DNA of 64,000 nt from a virus (taxonomy: Duplodnaviria > Caudoviricetes), in IMG/VR virus record IMGVR_UViG_3300042539_001740; one strand, 5' to 3'. A model generated the notes under the pieces. It was not told the origin of the DNA. It did not search any database and saw only the letters and a list, made by a program, of their open reading frames with translations. Below are positions 59,257 to 64,000 of this stretch, piece after piece (within the stretch, counting starts at the first letter, position 1; every line of letters begins with the position of its first letter). The position numbers were made by a program, and so were the translations under genes.

Positions 59257-59275
59257 AACTTATAAAAATATAATA

Positions 59276-61993
59276 ATGATTACACCTGAAGAAATCGAAA
59301 GTTTCTTAAACGGAAACGACCCCGAAGAGCACATCGTTGCCATAGAATATGATTGGGCAACAGAAAACATTTTCAAAATCAAAGAAATCCCTGGAAAAGG
59401 GAAAGAAATTAGAAAAGATACATTCACCCCATTTGCTTGGGTTGGTGACCTCCACGGACTTAACTTTTACAAATCATCCAAAGGACTTCAAAAAGAAGCA
59501 ATGACCAAACACGGAATCCTAATTGAGAAATTGGATACTGGTGGAAATGAACGATTAGAAAAAGGTCTAAAGTTTTTGGTTAAATCTTTAAAAGGATATA
59601 GAAGTTTAATGCAATTCTTCAAAGAAGGAGGAATTGACCCATATGGAGATAATACTAAAGAATACTTCCTTATACCATCACCAGTAGAACAATACCTTAT
59701 CCAAAAGGAAAAAAGATTGTTTAAGGGTTATGAAGAATACAATGACATTACAAGATTAGGATTCGACTTAGAAACGACCTCTTTAGAACCTAAAGATGGT
59801 CGAATCTTTATGATTGGAATCAAAACAAATAAAGGACTACAAAAAGTAATCGAATGTGCCAATGAAGACCAAGAACGAGCTGGTATTGTTGAGTTCTTTA
59901 GAACAATAGATGAAGTTAAACCATCAATCATTGGTGGATACAATTCATTCAACTTCGACTGGTATTGGATTATGGAAAGATGTAAAGCTCTACATTTGGA
60001 TATCAAAAAGATATGCAAAACTTTACATCCAGAATATAATATGAAACAAACCAAGGGTATGTTAAAACTTGCTAATGAAGTTGAGGAATATACACAGATT
60101 GGAATGTGGGGATATAATGTTATTGATATTCTACACTCCGTTAGAAGAGCACAAGCAATCAACTCAAACATCAAATCCGCTGGTCTTAAATATATTACCC
60201 AATACATCAATGCTGAAGCTGAAGACCGAGTTTATATTGGACATACTGATATCGGTTCAATGTACGCCAAGAAAGAAGAGTATTGGTTAAATGTTAAGAA
60301 TGGTAAATACAAAAAGGCCGACAAACCTGAATACAACGACTTGGATAAAAAATATCCTGGTATCTATATCAAAACAACTGGTGATAATATTGTTGAACGA
60401 TACTTGGATGATGACTTGGAAGAAACCTTGAAGGTGGATGATGAGTTTAATCAAGGAACATTTATGTTGGCATCGATGATTCCAACAACATATGAAAGAG
60501 TTTCCACCATGGGGACAGCCACTTTGTGGAAGATGCTTATGATGGCTTGGTCTTATAAGTATAAATTGGCCATCCCCCAAAAAGAACAAAAGAAAGATTT
60601 TGTTGGTGGATTATCAAGATTGTTAAGAGTGGGTTATTCGAAGGATGTATTAAAACTTGACTACTCATCTCTTTATCCATCTATTCAATTAGTACACGAT
60701 GTTTTCCCTGATTGTGATATTATGGGGGCTATGAAAGGTATGTTGTCTTATTTTAGAAGTGCTCGTATCAAATACAAGAACTTAGCAGCTGAATGGTATG
60801 ACAAGGATAAGAAAAAATCATTGTCCTACGATAGAAAACAATTACCCATTAAGATTTTTATCAACTCAATGTTTGGTGCTTTATCAGCTCCACAAGTGTT
60901 TGCTTGGGGTGATATGTATATGGGTGAACAGATTACTTGTACAGGAAGACAATATCTTCGTCAAATGTTAAAGTTCTTTATGAAGAGGGGTTATACTGCG
61001 TTGGTATGTGATACGGATGGTATGAACTTCTCATTACCTGAAGGTGGTGTTGATGATAGAGTTTATATTGGTAAAGGTCTTAATTGGAAAGTTAAGAAAG
61101 GAAAAGAATATAAAGGTTATGATGCTGATGTTGCTGAGTTCAACGACACCTTTATGAAGGGTGAAATGGCATTAGATTGTGATGGAACTTGGAAATCTTG
61201 TATTAATCTTGCTCGTAAGAATTATGCAACGATGGAACATAATGGTAAAATCAAATTGACTGGTAACTCAATCAAATCCAAAAAACTTCCATTATACATT
61301 GAGGAATATTTGGATAAAGCAATTAGATTATTATTGGAAGGTGAGGGACAGAAGTTTGTTGAATGGTATTATGAATACTTAACTAAAATCTATAACAAAG
61401 AAATCCCCCTTCTTAAAATTGCACAAAGAGCAAAAGTTAAGTTGAGTATTAAGGATTATATTGAGAGGTCAAAACAAACAACCAAATCAGGTGGTGCCAT
61501 GTCTAGAATGGCGCATATGGAACTGGCTATTAAACACAATCTAAAGGTGAATCTTGGTGAGGTGATTTATTATGTTAATAATGGTGTCAAAGCAAGTCAC
61601 GGAGATGTTCAAAAGAAGAAAGATGAAGTGGTATTAAATTGTTATATGTTAAATCCAAATGACATTGAGAATAATCCTGATATGTTGGGTGATTATAATG
61701 TAGCAAGAGCAATAACAACTTTCAATAATCGTATTGAACCTTTATTAGTTGTATTCAAACAAGAAGTTAGAGATACTTTAATTATTGATAACCCTGAGAA
61801 AAGACAATTCTATACACAACAACAATGTGAACTAATTAATGGAGTACCATTTGAAGAAAAAGACCAAGATAGAATCAAAGAGGATTTGTTAGATTTAGAA
61901 CCAAAAGAAATAGAGTATTGGAACAAAAGAGGAATTGACCCCAACTATATTTACGATTTGGCTGAAGAAGGATGGGAACAATATATTGATTAA
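59276..61993 (+). CDS. polB: Family B DNA polymerase
   Basis: FDLET, GYNSFNFD, DYSSLYPS, KIFINSMFG, CDTDG. Confidence 0.95.
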   Translation: MITPEEIESFLNGNDPEEHIVAIEYDWATENIFKIKEIPGKGKEIRKDTFTPFAWVGDLHGLNFYKSSKGLQKEAMTKHGILIEKLDTGGNERLEKGLKFLVKSLKGYRSLMQFFKEGGIDPYGDNTKEYFLIPSPVEQYLIQKEKRLFKGYEEYNDITRLGFDLETTSLEPKDGRIFMIGIKTNKGLQKVIECANEDQERAGIVEFFRTIDEVKPSIIGGYNSFNFDWYWIMERCKALHLDIKKICKTLHPEYNMKQTKGMLKLANEVEEYTQIGMWGYNVIDILHSVRRAQAINSNIKSAGLKYITQYINAEAEDRVYIGHTDIGSMYAKKEEYWLNVKNGKYKKADKPEYNDLDKKYPGIYIKTTGDNIVERYLDDDLEETLKVDDEFNQGTFMLASMIPTTYERVSTMGTATLWKMLMMAWSYKYKLAIPQKEQKKDFVGGLSRLLRVGYSKDVLKLDYSSLYPSIQLVHDVFPDCDIMGAMKGMLSYFRSARIKYKNLAAEWYDKDKKKSLSYDRKQLPIKIFINSMFGALSAPQVFAWGDMYMGEQITCTGRQYLRQMLKFFMKRGYTALVCDTDGMNFSLPEGGVDDRVYIGKGLNWKVKKGKEYKGYDADVAEFNDTFMKGEMALDCDGTWKSCINLARKNYATMEHNGKIKLTGNSIKSKKLPLYIEEYLDKAIRLLLEGEGQKFVEWYYEYLTKIYNKEIPLLKIAQRAKVKLSIKDYIERSKQTTKSGGAMSRMAHMELAIKHNLKVNLGEVIYYVNNGVKASHGDVQKKKDEVVLNCYMLNPNDIENNPDMLGDYNVARAITTFNNRIEPLLVVFKQEVRDTLIIDNPEKRQFYTQQQCELINGVPFEEKDQDRIKEDLLDLEPKEIEYWNKRGIDPNYIYDLAEEGWEQYID

Positions 61994-62013
61994 ACTATTT
62001 ATAAAAAAAACTT

Positions 62014-62184
62014 ATGAAAAAACTTATCTTTTTAATTTTAGTAATTTTAACGATTGGGTTAACATCTTGTGGTAATCCAGTTTACAAAAAAAGAAAAAAA
62101 TGTACAGGAAATGGTAGTTGGTATGGAAATAGAAACTTGGGTGAAAAGACACCAACACAACAAAACACTTATGTAATGAAGTAA
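62014..62184 (+). CDS. Small lipoprotein (56 aa), not in the ORF track
   Basis: MKKLIFLILVILTIGLTS-C signal peptide II/lipobox; TATTTAT motif at 61996-62002. Confidence 0.75.
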   Translation: MKKLIFLILVILTIGLTSCGNPVYKKRKKCTGNGSWYGNRNLGEKTPTQQNTYVMK

Positions 62185-62185
62185 C

Positions 62186-62220
62186 AAAAAACCCCACTCT
62201 TAATAGGTGGGGATTTTTTT
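62186..62220. terminator. Bidirectional terminator between convergent genes
   Basis: CCCCAC / GTGGGG stem flanked by an A-run and T7. Confidence 0.75.
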
Positions 62221-62222
62221 TA

Positions 62223-62501
62223 TTAAAACTTTGTCTCTAAGTACGATAATGCTCGGGATACTTTAACCCAATCTTTTTTTCTGATACCTTGTTCAAGCAA
62301 ATCTATAACGATATCAACCTTTTTTGTTATTTTACCTGACAACTCACCCGATGAATCATCCAATTGTACATCTTCATCATCACCAAGTCTTGAGTACAAT
62401 TTGTCTATTTCTGAATGACCATAAACTCGTTCAAGTTCAGTAACAACTTTCTTAGTTAGTTTTGATAAATCTTTTTCTGTTATTTTTACTACTTTTTTCA
62501 T
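62223..62501 (-). CDS. Small protein with a 'KITEKDL..LTKKVVTE' leader
   Basis: ORF; TATTTAT motif at 62516-62522. Confidence 0.7.
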   Translation of the reverse strand: MKKVVKITEKDLSKLTKKVVTELERVYGHSEIDKLYSRLGDDEDVQLDDSSGELSGKITKKVDIVIDLLEQGIRKKDWVKVSRALSYLETKF

Positions 62502-62532
62502 AATCTTTTTATTTGATAAATATGTTAATAAT

Positions 62533-62561
62533 AAAAACCCCCATCCTTAAAGGTGGGGTTT
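62533..62561 (-). terminator. Intrinsic terminator
   Basis: CCCCA / TGGGG stem, followed by T5 on the minus strand. Confidence 0.6.
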
Positions 62562-62566
62562 AGTTT

Positions 62567-62926
62567 TTATTCTAACTTCATACCATCGGAGGATATTATG
62601 TACCAATTACCCTCAACATATTCTAATTCTACACAAGCCCCATTATCAATTTCGATTTCCTCATATTGGTCATCAATTAAAGAATATTTGGGTACAATAT
62701 TTGTTTTTGTAAGAACTTTTATTTTAATGGATTCTGTTGTATAACCATCTAAAGTAATTGTACAATTATCGACATCTTTTACAACTAAAAGATATTCCCC
62801 ATTTGTTGTATAGGTTGGGGTATTAACTACCTTTTTGATTTTGGTCGAAACTGATTGACCATAACGAATTGTTTTTGACACTTCCCCGAATTGTTTTCTG
62901 ACTAGTTCTGAATTTATTGTTGTCAT
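62567..62926 (-). CDS. Hypothetical, putative structural protein
   Basis: ORF downstream of the neck-protein gene. Confidence 0.7.
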   Translation of the reverse strand: MTTINSELVRKQFGEVSKTIRYGQSVSTKIKKVVNTPTYTTNGEYLLVVKDVDNCTITLDGYTTESIKIKVLTKTNIVPKYSLIDDQYEEIEIDNGACVELEYVEGNWYIISSDGMKLE

Positions 62927-62934
62927 AATTATAA

Positions 62935-64000
62935 TTAAATTACATAAATTTGTCTTGGTAAAGCAGTAAGTTTTTTTACTTTATTTAAGTTTTCAGCTAT
63001 TAATGCTTCTCTTTCCATAACCTTTTCAGGTTTTAATCTTGTTAATTTACCTTCAGCACCAATTAATTCCTCTCTCAATTTGTCTTTTTCGTCCTTAGCT
63101 TCAGTTTGTAAAGTTTGATATTCTAATGTAAGTTCGGCATCAGGTGTTTTGAGTGCACCACTAAACTTACCTCTAACTCTAGACAAGGCCTCTTTAGCAT
63201 AAGCAAAAAACCATTTACGAACCCATATTTGGGCAGGATTATTTAAATCAATCCAACTAATCTTTTCTAGTGGAACATCAGATGGTAATCTAATTATATC
63301 AGGATTTTTCTTTAAACAATCATCTCTGTCTGCACCATCAACTTCATAATACCAATACCAAACTTTACCTCTCATTAAAGTTGCATTACCGAAGTCAAAT
63401 TTACCACCTGGTGTTTGCATTAAATGGATTGCTTTTTTACCTTCAGGTAAAGCCGTTACTCTGTATGTTAAGTCACCTGCAATAATTCTTCTTTGAATAT
63501 TAATTTCTTGCATTCTTAATAACATATCGAATGCTGGCATCATAAAGTATGAACCTGAGTAACCCATTTGAGAATAACCCGCGGGGCCACCTAAACCAAC
63601 ACCACCCAAAGCACCAAATGTCCAAGGGTCAAATAGTAAGTTATTAAGTTCTGATGGTGTAAACCATAATAGCTCATTTAATTCACGACCTGCTGGTATC
63701 TCATAAATTTGTTGACCAGGTACAAGTTGTATATAGTCCTTTTTCATTACAGAATCTCCACCTGCTTGTAAACCAACAATTTTAGAATAAGCATAAGTAT
63801 ATCTTTCCTCGAACTTTAAATCTTTAGTTATGAATGCTTTGGTTAAAGATTCAGTATCTAAGTTTAAGTTATATAGTGAAGTCCATTGTGATTCAATTAA
63901 CCAATCTTGTACGTATTGAGCATAATCCTCAATAGATAGTTCTAATAAAGAATCTAACATTTCATCTTCCAATTCCACAGCCCTTAGTGGTGCACCTAAA
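62935..64000 (-). CDS. Neck / head-tail adaptor protein (T4 gp13-like), 5'-truncated by the window
   Basis: The frame stays open to the edge (LGAPLRAVELEDEM...); C-terminal RVRGKF...LTLEYQTLQTEAKDE resembles gp13-type proteins. Confidence 0.65.
   Translation of the reverse strand, partial: LGAPLRAVELEDEMLDSLLELSIEDYAQYVQDWLIESQWTSLYNLNLDTESLTKAFITKDLKFEERYTYAYSKIVGLQAGGDSVMKKDYIQLVPGQQIYEIPAGRELNELLWFTPSELNNLLFDPWTFGALGGVGLGGPAGYSQMGYSGSYFMMPAFDMLLRMQEINIQRRIIAGDLTYRVTALPEGKKAIHLMQTPGGKFDFGNATLMRGKVWYWYYEVDGADRDDCLKKNPDIIRLPSDVPLEKISWIDLNNPAQIWVRKWFFAYAKEALSRVRGKFSGALKTPDAELTLEYQTLQTEAKDEKDKLREELIGAEGKLTRLKPEKVMEREALIAENLNKVKKLTALPRQIYVI

Noticed and set aside
2009-60589. Many 60-160 aa ORFs in the track lying antisense or out of frame within long genes (e.g. 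5964-6359, 30555-30929, 46405-46848, 59728-60210)
   Set aside because: Fully overlapped by well-supported genes, with no recognisable motifs; expected shadow ORFs
59276-61993. Intein or intron in the DNA polymerase
   Set aside because: Motifs are continuous in 905 aa, with no Hint-like C/HN signatures seen
1-64000. Stop-codon reassignment, as seen in some Bacteroidota phages
   Set aside because: Genes are full length and tightly packed under the standard code, and TAA and TGA both end genes cleanly

Overview
This window is from a large, AT-rich tailed dsDNA phage (myovirus-like, probably jumbo). The host is probably a Bacteroidota: two TTTG-N19-TAnnTTTG promoters, AT-rich leaders without Shine-Dalgarno sites, and a small lipoprotein. 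Layout: (i) 1-8.3 kb, structural genes, a gp5-like baseplate spike and a sigma-like factor; (ii) 8.3-33.9 kb, a ~25-gene minus-strand glycan biosynthesis island (three GT11, GT17, two exostosin/GT47-like, several GT2, UDP-sugar dehydrogenase, RfbH, RmlD-GT2, an epimerase-cupin-C-methyltransferase fusion, an exostosin-NadE fusion) that also holds phoH, a nucleotidase, an exonuclease and a dUTPase fractured by a split intein around a free-standing nuclease; (iii) 37.3-53 kb, plus-strand fibre/virion genes with mucin-like Pro-Thr tracts, three tandem Gly-rich proteins and a peptidase S74-capped fibre; (iv) 53-57.5 kb, a second glycosyltransferase cluster led by a GT60-like enzyme; (v) a candidate ~200-nt structured ncRNA, family B DNA polymerase with a pseudoknot-like leader, and a neck-protein gene cut by the window edge. 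I saw no tRNA, CRISPR array or reverse transcriptase. All family assignments come from motif recognition by eye, not database searches.
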